Below are positions 17,596-27,142 of a DNA stretch of 64,000 nt, one piece after another (the stretch's first letter is position 1; each line of letters starts with the position of its first letter). The stretch is taken from positions 5,116-69,115 of the forward strand of contig CBFDTI010000001.1 of NCBI GenBank assembly GCA_965612795.1, written 5' to 3'. The DNA is from an uncultured bacterium (GTDB lineage: Bacteria > Hydrothermota > UBA3073 > NMUJ01). The notes under the pieces were generated by a model. That model was not told the origin of the DNA. It made no database searches and saw nothing but the letters and a program-made list of their open reading frames with translations. The position numbers and the translations under genes are program-made.

Positions 17596-18987
17596 ATGCA
17601 GATACTTAAGGTTAAACTCCAGAATGTCTCATCCTACCATGCACAGAATGATACACGCATACGTTATGTGTTGGAATTCATTTCCACCTTCTACGGTATA
17701 AGGGTAGAACCTTCACCCGAAGGCATTACCCTACCTACACCGCAATTTGATAGCTGGACACCCAATAACATACGTATCACTTACATCGATACTATACCCG
17801 TACTTTACACTGATCAACAACCCACCCACATAATCTCCACCACCGGCCATGTAGGGTTCGACCTCATAGGTGCAACGTTTTTCTTGTTATCACTATCTGA
17901 GGAGCTGAAATTCCACACCCCACGGTTCCGCTCATCACTCTCTTTACTACACAAGTTTGACCTACTCCATACACCTCTTATCAACTTATGGCTCATACAG
18001 ATAGAGCATCACCTACGTACCAAAGGTTACCACCTACCACCCCGCTGGCCTACCGGCAAATTCGCAATCGTACTAACCCATGACATCGATCGTCTCGGTA
18101 CGGTTGAGTTCACCCTTCACGGTAAACTACGTCGCATCATGTTACTCAACACCATGAAGCATCTCACCCTCCGCACATTATTACGTAGTGTAGGCGCACC
18201 CCTCCATTACCTACTGTGTAAGGGGCTCAGAATGTACTCACCCACCATCGTAAACCCTGACATCGGGGATTGGATTACTTGCGAATCCCAATACGGGTGG
18301 CGGTCGACTTTCTTCATTTTCCCCGATAAAGTCTACCCACGAGATCCATCCGACCCCATCTACACCTATCACGATAAAACGCTATTCCATGGCAAACCCA
18401 TAAAGCTTATCGATTTATTGCGAGAACTCAAACCCACCCACGATATAGGTTTACACGCCAGCCGCCACAGTTATAATAACTTCAACACCTTACGCATGGA
18501 AAGACGACGCCTTTCGCAACTCATAGGCAATATAGATGCCGTTCGTCACCACTACATAAGCTTCGACGCGTATCAATCACCCGCCACACTTGAAGCTGCT
18601 GGTTTCACCATAGATTCGAGCCTCGGTTGGCCTGATAATGTTGGCTTCCGTGCCGCTGTAGCATATCCGTTCAAGCTATGGGATCACACCCGTATGCGTT
18701 CCACAAACGTATGGGAGGTACCACTCACATTACAGGAATCCATAGCCATCGTACATTTAGGGCTTGACACACCCGCTAAATTATGGTCGCTAATCGATAA
18801 ACTCATACATGAAGCCTCCCGTAGCACCGGTATGCTTACATTGTTGTTCCATCCCGCCGCTATCGATATGCCGTTCGATACCTTCAAATTCTATCGCGAG
18901 TTACTTACCCGCTTATCGCACGAAGATGCATGGATCACCACCATCTCAGGTATTAAAGATTGGCTATCACAGCGTACACCACAATGA
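17596..18987 (+). CDS. Putative polysaccharide deacetylase-like (NodB/CE4-type) protein
   Basis: FAIVLTHDIDRLG and GLHASRHSYNNF motifs resemble NodB motif 1/2; weak assignment from memory. Confidence 0.45.
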   Translation: MQILKVKLQNVSSYHAQNDTRIRYVLEFISTFYGIRVEPSPEGITLPTPQFDSWTPNNIRITYIDTIPVLYTDQQPTHIISTTGHVGFDLIGATFFLLSLSEELKFHTPRFRSSLSLLHKFDLLHTPLINLWLIQIEHHLRTKGYHLPPRWPTGKFAIVLTHDIDRLGTVEFTLHGKLRRIMLLNTMKHLTLRTLLRSVGAPLHYLLCKGLRMYSPTIVNPDIGDWITCESQYGWRSTFFIFPDKVYPRDPSDPIYTYHDKTLFHGKPIKLIDLLRELKPTHDIGLHASRHSYNNFNTLRMERRRLSQLIGNIDAVRHHYISFDAYQSPATLEAAGFTIDSSLGWPDNVGFRAAVAYPFKLWDHTRMRSTNVWEVPLTLQESIAIVHLGLDTPAKLWSLIDKLIHEASRSTGMLTLLFHPAAIDMPFDTFKFYRELLTRLSHEDAWITTISGIKDWLSQRTPQ

Positions 18988-20144
18988 CACACGTGGTAAT
19001 GTTCGTATTTAACCCAGTCCTCCACGATAGCCGCGTACTACGTGAGGCACGCTCACTTGTACGGTTTGGCTACAAAGTGAAACTCATTGGCACCACAGAA
19101 GCTACCCGACCCGAAACCATCCCACTTGATGGTATCGAAATACTCAGGTTACCATTGCTCAGATTACCCATAATTTCAGCCTCCGACATCAAATTCCTAC
19201 GTGTCCTCCTGTACGGGCTAAGAATATTATGGTACAGCATACAGGTACGCAACACAAAAGCTGACATCTACCACATACACGATTTCGAACCCCTACTAAT
19301 CGGATATCTGTTAGCCAAGAAATATCACTCCAAGCTTGTGTATGATTCACACGAACTCTATTGGGGACGCTTCCGGTTACCTTGGTGGGGCGAACCCCTC
19401 CGTAAGTTACTTACGAAACTGGAATCCTTTCTTGCACATCGTACAGATTATGTTATCACCGTAAGTCATGGCCTGTCACAGGAACTATCGACCCGCTTCA
19501 AAACAAAAAGTATAGCCGTGGTACGCAACATATCTGAGGTATCCCATACCCACTGTACACGTAACTTACGTAGGGATGCAAACATACCAGATGACGCCAA
19601 AATCATCGTCCATACTGGTAACCTGCTACCGATGGAGAGGTGCTTCGACGAAATCATAACCTCCATGCAGCTACTACCAGCCAACATATACCTTGTATTC
19701 GTTGGCACAGGTAAACTGCTACCACATCTATTACAACTATCCAAACAGCTCAACCTAAGCTCAAGGGTTAAATTCCTCCCCCCCGTGCACCCACACGAGG
19801 TCGTCCCTTATATTAAGGAATGTGATATAGGGATCGTCAGCACACGCCCGGATACGCCATCATCCTATCATGCGTTACCTCATAAGCTGTTCGAATACAT
19901 AGCTGCTACCCTACCAGTAGTAGCTGGTAACCTACCCGAAGTTCAAACCATTGTCAAAAGTTACGATATAGGGGTTATCTTCCACTCTTACGATCCTCAC
20001 TCCATAGCAGCTGCTATTAAAAAGGCTTTAGAGCCTACCAACTACATCAGGTTTAAACATAACATAAGGAAAGCACACAAGGAATTGAACTGGCAGGTTG
20101 AACAACACAAGCTCCTATCAGTTTATGAAAATCTAACACGTTAG
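18984..20144 (+). CDS. Glycosyltransferase, GT-B fold (family 4-like)
   Basis: C-terminal EX7E-type region LFEYIAATLPVVAGNLPEVQTIV...; start moved to ATG 18984 (MTHVVMF) from TTG 18960. Confidence 0.75.
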   Translation: MTHVVMFVFNPVLHDSRVLREARSLVRFGYKVKLIGTTEATRPETIPLDGIEILRLPLLRLPIISASDIKFLRVLLYGLRILWYSIQVRNTKADIYHIHDFEPLLIGYLLAKKYHSKLVYDSHELYWGRFRLPWWGEPLRKLLTKLESFLAHRTDYVITVSHGLSQELSTRFKTKSIAVVRNISEVSHTHCTRNLRRDANIPDDAKIIVHTGNLLPMERCFDEIITSMQLLPANIYLVFVGTGKLLPHLLQLSKQLNLSSRVKFLPPVHPHEVVPYIKECDIGIVSTRPDTPSSYHALPHKLFEYIAATLPVVAGNLPEVQTIVKSYDIGVIFHSYDPHSIAAAIKKALEPTNYIRFKHNIRKAHKELNWQVEQHKLLSVYENLTR

Positions 20145-20480
20145 GTGTAACGCTGCCACCGTCCGCTTACTTTCCGCTATTTTGTTATAGGTTTTGACCG
20201 CCTCCGCTGTTATCTGTATATGAAGTTCGATACCACGTTTATTGCATACATCCACCACTTCCTTCGCTACATCCATCACCCCATACGCACCCGTACCTAT
20301 AATCAACACCTCAGGCCGTTCATCCAGTATATGCTCGATATCACACATCTGCAGGTAATGCCCCTGCTCACGCCACCACGATGATTGTACACGATCGGGA
20401 AATATAATTATATCACGTGTGTAAACCTCACCATCAACAATTATTCTACCAAACTCGTAGTGCTCCACCTTGGGTGCCAT
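20133..20480 (-). CDS. Mth938-like domain protein (DUF498 family)
   Basis: FGRIIVDGEVYTRDIII...PEVLIIGTGAYGVM...GIELHI pattern typical of Mth938 domain. Confidence 0.55.
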   Translation of the reverse strand: MAPKVEHYEFGRIIVDGEVYTRDIIIFPDRVQSSWWREQGHYLQMCDIEHILDERPEVLIIGTGAYGVMDVAKEVVDVCNKRGIELHIQITAEAVKTYNKIAESKRTVAALHLTC

Positions 20481-20490
20481 AGGATATATA

Positions 20491-20545
20491 AGCCCAGGAC
20501 CGGACTCGAACCGGCGACCTTCCCGCCAAGGCGGGATGCTCTACC
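20491..20545 (-). pseudogene. tRNA-like 3' remnant with intact T-arm and acceptor 3' strand, anticodon arm replaced by a CCCGCC-TT-GGCGGG hairpin, and 5' end missing
   Basis: RC reads GGTAGAGCATCCCGCCTTGGCGGGAAGGTCGCCGGTTCGAGTCCGGTCCTGGGCT; 3' half identical to tRNA-Thr at 20802-20874 except the anticodon region, which cannot form a 5-bp stem/7-nt loop. Confidence 0.5.
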
Positions 20546-20792
20546 GTTTTTGATGGCATATTAGCTCCTTGAATGCTCTACCTCCCTTGTAACGTTTCAA
20601 TAAAGTCTCACGACGTCGAGCCTCCCTTAACGTATCGTACTTTTCATAATAAATCAACCTCAACGGGCGCCTTGCTTTCAGTGATTTGGTCTTACCGCTG
20701 TTGTGCTCTTTTATCCGACGGTTCAAGTTCTTGGTAACCCCAATGTAATATCCATTATCCTTGAGGCTTTGCAGTACATATACATAGTACAT
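20541..20792 (-). CDS. GIY-YIG nuclease-superfamily small protein (YhbQ/UPF0213-like), 83 aa
   Basis: MYYVYVLQSLKDNGYYIGVTKNLNRRIKEHNSGK = GIY-YIG motif. First ATG is at 20792. The ORF-track TTG start at 20843 would overlap the tRNA-Thr gene and is rejected. Confidence 0.75.
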   Translation of the reverse strand: MYYVYVLQSLKDNGYYIGVTKNLNRRIKEHNSGKTKSLKARRPLRLIYYEKYDTLREARRRETLLKRYKGGRAFKELICHQKR

Positions 20793-20801
20793 AAAACATA
20801 A

Positions 20802-20874
<73 letters not shown>

Positions 20875-20882
20875 ATTTACTA

Positions 20883-20909
20883 AATTTACATCAGCTTGTT
20901 TTATGTCAA
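20883..20909 (-). promoter_or_regulatory. Promoter of tRNA-Thr (TTGACA -N15- TAAATT, 8 nt before tRNA 5' end)
   Basis: Minus-strand TTGACA at 20909..20904, TAAATTTAG at 20888..20880; identical architecture repeated upstream of each tRNA-like unit. Confidence 0.4.
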
Positions 20910-20938
20910 CAATTTAAATCCACAAGTATTTATTTAAT

Positions 20939-21000
20939 GGGACTCGAATCGGCGACCTTCCCGCCAAGGCGGGATGCTCTACCCGCTGAGCTACCTGGGC
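20939..21000 (-). pseudogene. tRNA-like 5' remnant: first 26 nt identical to tRNA-Thr, same aberrant CCCGCC-TT-GGCGGG anticodon-region hairpin, T-arm 3' strand and acceptor 3' strand missing
   Basis: RC reads GCCCAGGTAGCTCAGCGGGTAGAGCATCCCGCCTTGGCGGGAAGGTCGCCGATTCGAGTCCC then diverges (ATTAAATAAA). Confidence 0.5.
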
Positions 21001-21008
21001 ATCTACTA

Positions 21009-21035
21009 AATTTACATCGGTCTATTTCATGTCAA
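21009..21035 (-). promoter_or_regulatory. Promoter copy upstream of tRNA-like remnant (TTGACA -N15- TAAATT)
   Basis: TTGACA 21035..21030, TAAATT 21014..21009, 8 nt from remnant 5' end. Confidence 0.35.
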
Positions 21036-21071
21036 TAATTCACGACTTTCACAGTCTAAAGGACTTTTAAA

Positions 21072-21113
21072 GGGACTCGCACCGGCGCCCTCTTCCCACT
21101 GAGCTACTTGGGT
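21072..21113 (-). pseudogene. Third, more degraded tRNA-like remnant (acceptor + D-arm fused directly to T-arm-like segment, no anticodon arm)
   Basis: RC ACCCAAGTAGCTCAGTGGGAAGAGGGCGCCGGTGCGAGTCCC. Confidence 0.3.
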
Positions 21114-21120
21114 ATAACCA

Positions 21121-21146
21121 AATTTACATCGACCCCTATATGTCGA
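21121..21146 (-). promoter_or_regulatory. Promoter copy (TCGACA -N14- TAAATT) upstream of third tRNA-like remnant
   Basis: TCGACA 21146..21141, TAAATT 21126..21121. Confidence 0.3.
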
Positions 21147-21205
21147 TATAAGTTACAAAACAAATTGACCATCCCCTAACCGCTTTATCTTTAATTTGTG
21201 CGTTA

Positions 21206-21802
21206 ATGACGATATGTTCGGTTAACGAAGGTATCACACGTGCAATAGATTTGATCCATACTCTACAGACAACCCCTGTAATCATAGGTATCGCTGGCGG
21301 CTCATGTGCCGGTAAGACACTAATCGCCCAGCAGATAGCCACCAGAGTAGATGGTGTCATCCTTCCGCTCGACGATTATTATGTAGGTATCGATCACATA
21401 CCTGATAATAATTTTGACCACCCCTCAGCTATGGAATTAACCTTACTCAAACACCACCTACATCTATTAAAACAGGGTAAACCCATCCACAAACCCATCT
21501 ATGATTTTGTCACCCACAAGCGGGTAGGTTACCACCCATTTACACCTTCGCACGTAATCATCACCGAAGGCCTCTACGCATTACACCAAATATTTCGCAG
21601 CATACTCGACGTAAAGATCTACGTTGAAGCTCGTGACGCCACCCGTTTAGCACGTCGGTTAGTACGTGACATGTCAGAACGTGGCCGCACCCGTGAAAGC
21701 GTCCTCCGTCAGTGGTATACCACCGTTTTACCCATGCACAGAACTTACGTTGTACCTCAAAAATCCTACGCCGACATTATCATTGTAAACGATGGAGATT
21801 GA
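21206..21802 (+). CDS. udk: Uridine kinase / PRK-family nucleoside kinase
   Basis: P-loop IGIAGGSCAGKT, LPLDDYY motif, overall Udk-like length and layout. Confidence 0.8.
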   Translation: MTICSVNEGITRAIDLIHTLQTTPVIIGIAGGSCAGKTLIAQQIATRVDGVILPLDDYYVGIDHIPDNNFDHPSAMELTLLKHHLHLLKQGKPIHKPIYDFVTHKRVGYHPFTPSHVIITEGLYALHQIFRSILDVKIYVEARDATRLARRLVRDMSERGRTRESVLRQWYTTVLPMHRTYVVPQKSYADIIIVNDGD

Positions 21803-22364
21803 CAAAATCTACCTGCTCAAAAATTTGCGTGGCATCATACATTTCGATCCCCACCTCAACGTAACCACCGAATGGACCTGGCTACGTAAAAAATTCAGAT
21901 ACAGGAAGCTTGGCATCTCACAACATCTGTTGGAGCTCAGCGGGTTACCCACACTTTCGATGCTGGAGATACTCACCCCCACACTAAAGTTATCGGATCT
22001 ACCTTCACCAGCCAGCGATTCACTTGCACTTGCCACGGAGTACGTAACGCCTCTTATAATCCTAAAGTCGGCAAGCCTCAAACCCTACGAACCTCTTGTA
22101 CTCCATAAGGTGACAACTGTAGAGAGACTACCCGATATCGAGTTACGTCGCAATATACGGTTGGTAAACTATTCCATCATAGACTATTGTCGTGATATCA
22201 TCCACGCGGATGCTGCCACCCGCCTTAAGATCGTACAGGATGATGCGAAACGCTTCTGGCGTGTCCAACCCGGCACCATCCCCCTTATAGTATGGCTCGA
22301 TTTAGCCAAACTCAAATCCCCACCCTTAAAGTTGGTCATCCCCTCGGTAATAATCGACCTCTAA
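21792..22364 (+). CDS. Putative CYTH-domain (triphosphate tunnel metalloenzyme-like) protein
   Basis: N-terminal MEIDKIYLL matches the CYTH EIE+KFL start motif; overlaps udk stop by 11 nt (possible split of a PRK-CYTH fusion). Confidence 0.4.
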   Translation: MEIDKIYLLKNLRGIIHFDPHLNVTTEWTWLRKKFRYRKLGISQHLLELSGLPTLSMLEILTPTLKLSDLPSPASDSLALATEYVTPLIILKSASLKPYEPLVLHKVTTVERLPDIELRRNIRLVNYSIIDYCRDIIHADAATRLKIVQDDAKRFWRVQPGTIPLIVWLDLAKLKSPPLKLVIPSVIIDL

Positions 22365-22379
22365 CACCAGAAATACGGG

Positions 22380-24476
22380 TCAATTACCCAGCATCCCCAG
22401 TTGCCACATTATGAATAACAGATTGTCAGCATAAGATTCTACCACCTTACGTAATGGCTTACCCGCCCCATGTCCAGATTTCGGCTCTATGTATAACAAT
22501 ACAGGTCTATCGGGGGTTGCCAGCTCCTGCATCTTAGCTGCCATCTTCATTGCATGCATAGGGTGTACCCTCGTATCAGATTCGGCTGTCTTAAACAACA
22601 CCGCTGGATAGATTCTACCTTTCTCCACATGATGGTACGGCGAATACGCATACAGCCACTTAAATGCGTTCGGATCCTCAGGATCACCATACTCCGGTAT
22701 CCACAGGTGTGCTACCAAGAACTTGTGATACCTCAACATATCAAGTAACGGTACACTACAGATCACCACCCTAAACAGCTCCGGTCGCTGTGTCATCGCC
22801 GCCCCCACCAGCAACCCACCATTACTTCCACCCATAATTGCCAACTTATCAGGTTTAGTATACCCCACATCTATCAAGTATTCAGCAGCTGCTATGAAAT
22901 CATCGAACACATTCTGCTTTTTATCCAACATACCCGCCCTGTGCCACTCCTCACCATACTCGTCACCCCCACGTATACCCGCATGTGCATATACACCGCC
23001 ACGTGATAACCATGGTAACAACGTTCTCACAAAATATGGGCTCATACCCAACCCGAACCCACCATACCCCGTGAGTATGGTAGGGTTGTTACCATCGAGC
23101 ACGATCCCTTTCTTGTGGATCACGTACATTGGTACCTTCGTACCGTCCTTCGATTCGTAGAAGATGAGATCTTGCTCATACTCCAAGGGATCGAACTCCA
23201 CCTCTTGTTGGAACACCCGTTCAGCTTCAAACGTTTTAAGGTTCAGCCTGTATATCGTGGGTGGATAGAAGAACGACATAAATCGATAGTATAGCTCATC
23301 GCTATCCCATCGCCCGCTGAAACTCACACTCCCATACGTAGGTAGCTGCACCTCATGTACCAACTTACCTTCCGTTGTGTACACAAGTAACCTATAATAC
23401 GTATCTTGCTTTACAGTGATCACTAATTTACCTCCCACTATACCGAACTGCTTTATAACTCCCTTACCTTCAGGTATAATTTCTTGCCACTCTCCGATAT
23501 CCGGCTTATCTACTGTTGTACGCAATATCCGATACCTTGGTGCCTTATAGTTAGTCTTTATGAAAATCGTATCCCCTATAACATCCGCAGAGAATATTGC
23601 TTCCATACCGATTGCGATCGGGATTAATCTTTCACTCGATGGCTCCATAACATAGAGATCGTTTTGCGTCCACCCCTTATGTACAGTGATGATCACCCAG
23701 TTACCATCCGACGATAGCCTTACACCCGGTATCTCCTTTTCGGATAATGTTTCACCAAACACCAACCTATCATTCTCCCACGGTTCGCCCATCTTGTGCA
23801 TAAATATCATTGGCCGAAACTTTTCACTCTCCGTATTCCTCGTGTAGTAAAACCTGTCACCCTCTTTCATCCATGCAATACTTGCCCATTTCGCATCCGG
23901 TATAGTATCAGCAATAGGTTCACCTCTCTCCACATCCATAATGTAGAGTGTACTGTTTTCACTACCACTCTTCGATTTACCATATGCCACATATCTACCA
24001 TCCACCGATGGATAATACCAATCCATCGCCACCGTCCCATCCTCACTGAATTTGTTCGGATCAATAACCACCCTACCGCTATCAGGTACAAATCTACTCT
24101 CTACCACGTAAAGTATGGGATGGTTCTCCTTCCCTTTACGCTTCGTATAGAAGAAACGTTCACCATATATTGCAGGTAATGATACCACCTCCGCCTCAAA
24201 TATCTTCATCAGCTCATCGATTAACTCTCTCCTCCCAGGTAGTGAATCCAATATCCCACGTGTAAGCGCATTCTGTTGCTCTATCCACTCTCTTACTCTA
24301 CTGTCATCAAGGTTTTCCAACCACCTATATGGATCCACTATCTCAACCCCAAACATCGTATCCACGACGTTAACTTTAGGTGTCTTCGGATACTGTATCA
24401 TGATACCCCCTACAATTACTGATAATATCCATCCACACATCTCATCCAAATTTACTCTAAGTCTTCCCGACATCAA
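22380..24476 (-). CDS. Prolyl oligopeptidase (S9A family serine peptidase)
   Basis: Beta-propeller N-domain followed by alpha/beta hydrolase with nucleophile elbow MGGSNGGLL and C-terminal ...HGAGKP motifs. Confidence 0.85.
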   Translation of the reverse strand: MMSGRLRVNLDEMCGWILSVIVGGIMIQYPKTPKVNVVDTMFGVEIVDPYRWLENLDDSRVREWIEQQNALTRGILDSLPGRRELIDELMKIFEAEVVSLPAIYGERFFYTKRKGKENHPILYVVESRFVPDSGRVVIDPNKFSEDGTVAMDWYYPSVDGRYVAYGKSKSGSENSTLYIMDVERGEPIADTIPDAKWASIAWMKEGDRFYYTRNTESEKFRPMIFMHKMGEPWENDRLVFGETLSEKEIPGVRLSSDGNWVIITVHKGWTQNDLYVMEPSSERLIPIAIGMEAIFSADVIGDTIFIKTNYKAPRYRILRTTVDKPDIGEWQEIIPEGKGVIKQFGIVGGKLVITVKQDTYYRLLVYTTEGKLVHEVQLPTYGSVSFSGRWDSDELYYRFMSFFYPPTIYRLNLKTFEAERVFQQEVEFDPLEYEQDLIFYESKDGTKVPMYVIHKKGIVLDGNNPTILTGYGGFGLGMSPYFVRTLLPWLSRGGVYAHAGIRGGDEYGEEWHRAGMLDKKQNVFDDFIAAAEYLIDVGYTKPDKLAIMGGSNGGLLVGAAMTQRPELFRVVICSVPLLDMLRYHKFLVAHLWIPEYGDPEDPNAFKWLYAYSPYHHVEKGRIYPAVLFKTAESDTRVHPMHAMKMAAKMQELATPDRPVLLYIEPKSGHGAGKPLRKVVESYADNLLFIMWQLGMLGN

Positions 24477-24494
24477 GTTGACATCACTTCTTGT

Positions 24495-25457
24495 ATGATT
24501 ACTTTGTTATCACACATAACGATGGGCAATCCACTCAAACTATCAATCGTCATCCCCGCCTACAATGAAGAGGATAACATTGAGCCACTCCTCGAAAAAC
24601 TCTCCTCCGTAGTGACAACTGTCGATTTCCCTATCGAGGTAGTAATTGTTGACGATGGTAGCACGGACAACACGCTCGCAGTTGCCCAACGTTGTGCCAC
24701 CCGCTACAATTTTGTCAAAGTCATCTCACAACCCCATATGGGGTTAACACCTGCCCTCATACGTGGGTTTGAAGCCTCCACTGGTGATGTATTTATGTTC
24801 TTACCTGCCGACCTACAAGTTATGCCGGATGAGATACCGAAATTCATGTCACTCATCAACTCAGGTTATGACATCGTCTGCGCTTGGTACCACCCCATAA
24901 AGCCACCTCCGTTCACAAAATCCCTTGCCTCCAAAATCTACAACGCATTATCACGCAAAATGTTCGGCATAACAGTACATCACATGAACTCCGCCAAAGC
25001 CATCCGCCGTACCGTGATGGAGAACATCCCCTTACGGCCCGACTGGCATCGCTACATCGTAGCAATAGCACACACTTACGGTTATAAAGTGGGTGAGGTC
25101 AAGGTCAACCTCTACCCCCGTCACTCCGGTAAGAGCAAGTTCGGCTTCTGGCGTATACCCATTGGGATGTTAGATCTCATAGCTGTTAAGCTACAGCTCA
25201 AATTCCTACGTAAACCTCTACTTTTTTTCGGCCTGTGGGGTGGCATATCACTCCTAATCGGTATCATCATAGGTATCGTCGCCCTGTACATGAGGTTCAT
25301 CTTACACCATGGCCTGCGTGTACTCGCATACCCTACTATACTCTTTACACTTGCTGGCCTTATACTTATCACCATCGGCATATTCGGTGAGCTAACCGCC
25401 GGCCTAAGGGATGAACTCCGCGTATTGATGCGCAAACTCGACCGCCTAACTAAGTGA
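24495..25457 (+). CDS. Family-2 glycosyltransferase (dolichyl/polyprenyl-phosphate sugar transferase-like) with C-terminal TM helices
   Basis: LSIVIPAYNEEDNI ... IVDDGSTDNT DXD-type motifs; true start may be ATG 24522. Confidence 0.8.
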   Translation: MITLLSHITMGNPLKLSIVIPAYNEEDNIEPLLEKLSSVVTTVDFPIEVVIVDDGSTDNTLAVAQRCATRYNFVKVISQPHMGLTPALIRGFEASTGDVFMFLPADLQVMPDEIPKFMSLINSGYDIVCAWYHPIKPPPFTKSLASKIYNALSRKMFGITVHHMNSAKAIRRTVMENIPLRPDWHRYIVAIAHTYGYKVGEVKVNLYPRHSGKSKFGFWRIPIGMLDLIAVKLQLKFLRKPLLFFGLWGGISLLIGIIIGIVALYMRFILHHGLRVLAYPTILFTLAGLILITIGIFGELTAGLRDELRVLMRKLDRLTK

Positions 25458-26381
25458 CCGTTTCCTCATAATATATGCATGTTCACCATCAGGATAGTAG
25501 TTTAAACATGTTCTCTCAATTTCGAACCCCAACTTCTTATACAACCTCTGTGCGATACGGTTAGAGACTCTAACTTCAAGATAAACCTCATATCCTTCAT
25601 ATTTGTTAAGCAATTTCCTCATCAACCTCTCACCCACCCCCATCCCCCTATAATCAGGATGTACCGCTATATTTGCTATGTGAATTTTGTACCCATCTTC
25701 AACTTCAAACACCACATATCCAATGACTTGCCCCTCTTTTGTTGCCACCCATACGTATCTACCGTCACTACGGATGAAATATGCAAACGCCGCCATCGGC
25801 CATGGCATCTTAAATGACACCTTCTCTATCGCATGTATACGAGTAACATCCTCTATTGTTGCCTCCCTGATCTCAAACCCTATGATCCTGTATAGTTTCG
25901 ACTCACATATCGGACAGAACGTATCCATTTTACGGTCGGTATCGTAGATAGAGTTAGAAAAACACATCACACATTTTGTATCCCGACAATGTTCCATCAT
26001 GTGTAAATGTCCCACTTCATGCACCACTTCCTTACGTACACGTGCCAAAAATATCTGCGGTTCATCGTGTACTAACCTTGCCAACGCCACCATCGCACGT
26101 CTACCCGCTACATCTGCTAACCCGAACACAAAGTTTAACCCCTCCACATACGCATCATATGGTAAAATACACAATTTATAATCCCCGTTTGCAGGTGGTG
26201 CTACCATCCCAAGCAATGCTTCCGCATTGTATTGCCCTCTATCCATATTGTAAATACTGTTAGGGATTTGAATCGGCTCCATCACCTCCGTCACGGTGAT
26301 GAAACGTTTCCTCAAGATTTTCTCAACCTCATCAATGGTGGTACGTTCGAAATATCTATCTACGGGGATGACAAATATCAT
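25446..26381 (-). CDS. Fusion protein: archaemetzincin-like zinc peptidase (M54) N-domain + GNAT acetyltransferase (RimI-like) C-domain
   Basis: HEVGHLHMMEHCRDTKCVMCF...CPICE (HExxHxxGxxHC + Cys4 zinc-binding arrangement of archaemetzincins) followed by GNAT motifs (IANIAVHPDYRGMGVGERLMRKLL). Confidence 0.6.
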   Translation of the reverse strand: MIFVIPVDRYFERTTIDEVEKILRKRFITVTEVMEPIQIPNSIYNMDRGQYNAEALLGMVAPPANGDYKLCILPYDAYVEGLNFVFGLADVAGRRAMVALARLVHDEPQIFLARVRKEVVHEVGHLHMMEHCRDTKCVMCFSNSIYDTDRKMDTFCPICESKLYRIIGFEIREATIEDVTRIHAIEKVSFKMPWPMAAFAYFIRSDGRYVWVATKEGQVIGYVVFEVEDGYKIHIANIAVHPDYRGMGVGERLMRKLLNKYEGYEVYLEVRVSNRIAQRLYKKLGFEIERTCLNYYPDGEHAYIMRKRSLS

Positions 26382-27100
26382 CTAACGATGACACTTTCCA
26401 CATATTGCTTTAAGATTGGGACAAATGCTTCCACCTCATGTGGCAAGTATATTTTCCCCTCCTTGATACGTTCATCTAATGTCTTCACAGTATGCACTAT
26501 CTGTAACACATAGCGTTTAGCACCCTTAATCCACTCACCTATCTTCTTTGCCTCCTCTGTGTTGAAAAACATCGGCAACACTGAAGTCCTAAACTCATAA
26601 TCAATACCACTCTCCATTATCATTTTAATACTTTTGTCGATTTTTTCTATATCTACCGGCACACCTGCCACCTCTGCATACCTATCTTTCGCCCCTTTTA
26701 TGTCCATTGCAATAAAGTCTATCAACTTATCATTTATGAGCTGTGCCAACACCTCCGGGAACGCACCATTCGTATCAATCTTTACAGGATACCCCTTAGA
26801 CTTTGCTCTACGGATAAAATCTATTATCTCCTGATGTAGTAGCGGTTCACCTCCAGTTATTGCAATCCCATCTATGAGCCCCTTGCGACGTTCAAGGTAC
26901 CTGAATACTTCCTCTTCATCGATATCAGGCAATTTCTCCCACCCTATGACAAGCTCCGGGTTATGACAGTATGGACACCTAAAGTTACACCCCCCTGTAA
27001 ACACGATCGTCGCTATCCTGCCAGGAAAGTCTATCAAGCTCACTTTCTGCCATCCTTTAAATTTCATCGTTTTAAAATATCCATCCCCTTCATTAGTCAA
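26378..27100 (-). CDS. Radical-SAM activating enzyme (glycyl-radical-enzyme activase / NrdG-PflA-like family)
   Basis: GGCNFRCPYCHN CxxxCxxC cluster motif and ITGGEPLL. Confidence 0.65.
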   Translation of the reverse strand: MTNEGDGYFKTMKFKGWQKVSLIDFPGRIATIVFTGGCNFRCPYCHNPELVIGWEKLPDIDEEEVFRYLERRKGLIDGIAITGGEPLLHQEIIDFIRRAKSKGYPVKIDTNGAFPEVLAQLINDKLIDFIAMDIKGAKDRYAEVAGVPVDIEKIDKSIKMIMESGIDYEFRTSVLPMFFNTEEAKKIGEWIKGAKRYVLQIVHTVKTLDERIKEGKIYLPHEVEAFVPILKQYVESVIVR

Positions 27101-27142
27101 TTAACTTCTTGTCATTTCATCATAACTGCTATCTTTAAACAT

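Noticed and set aside
26963-27142. 60-codon N-terminal extension of pheS in the ORF track
   Set aside because: It overlaps the convergent radical-SAM gene region and has no SD. ATG 27143 (MEHLHPLEV) is preceded by an intergenic gap and fits the PheS alpha N-terminus.
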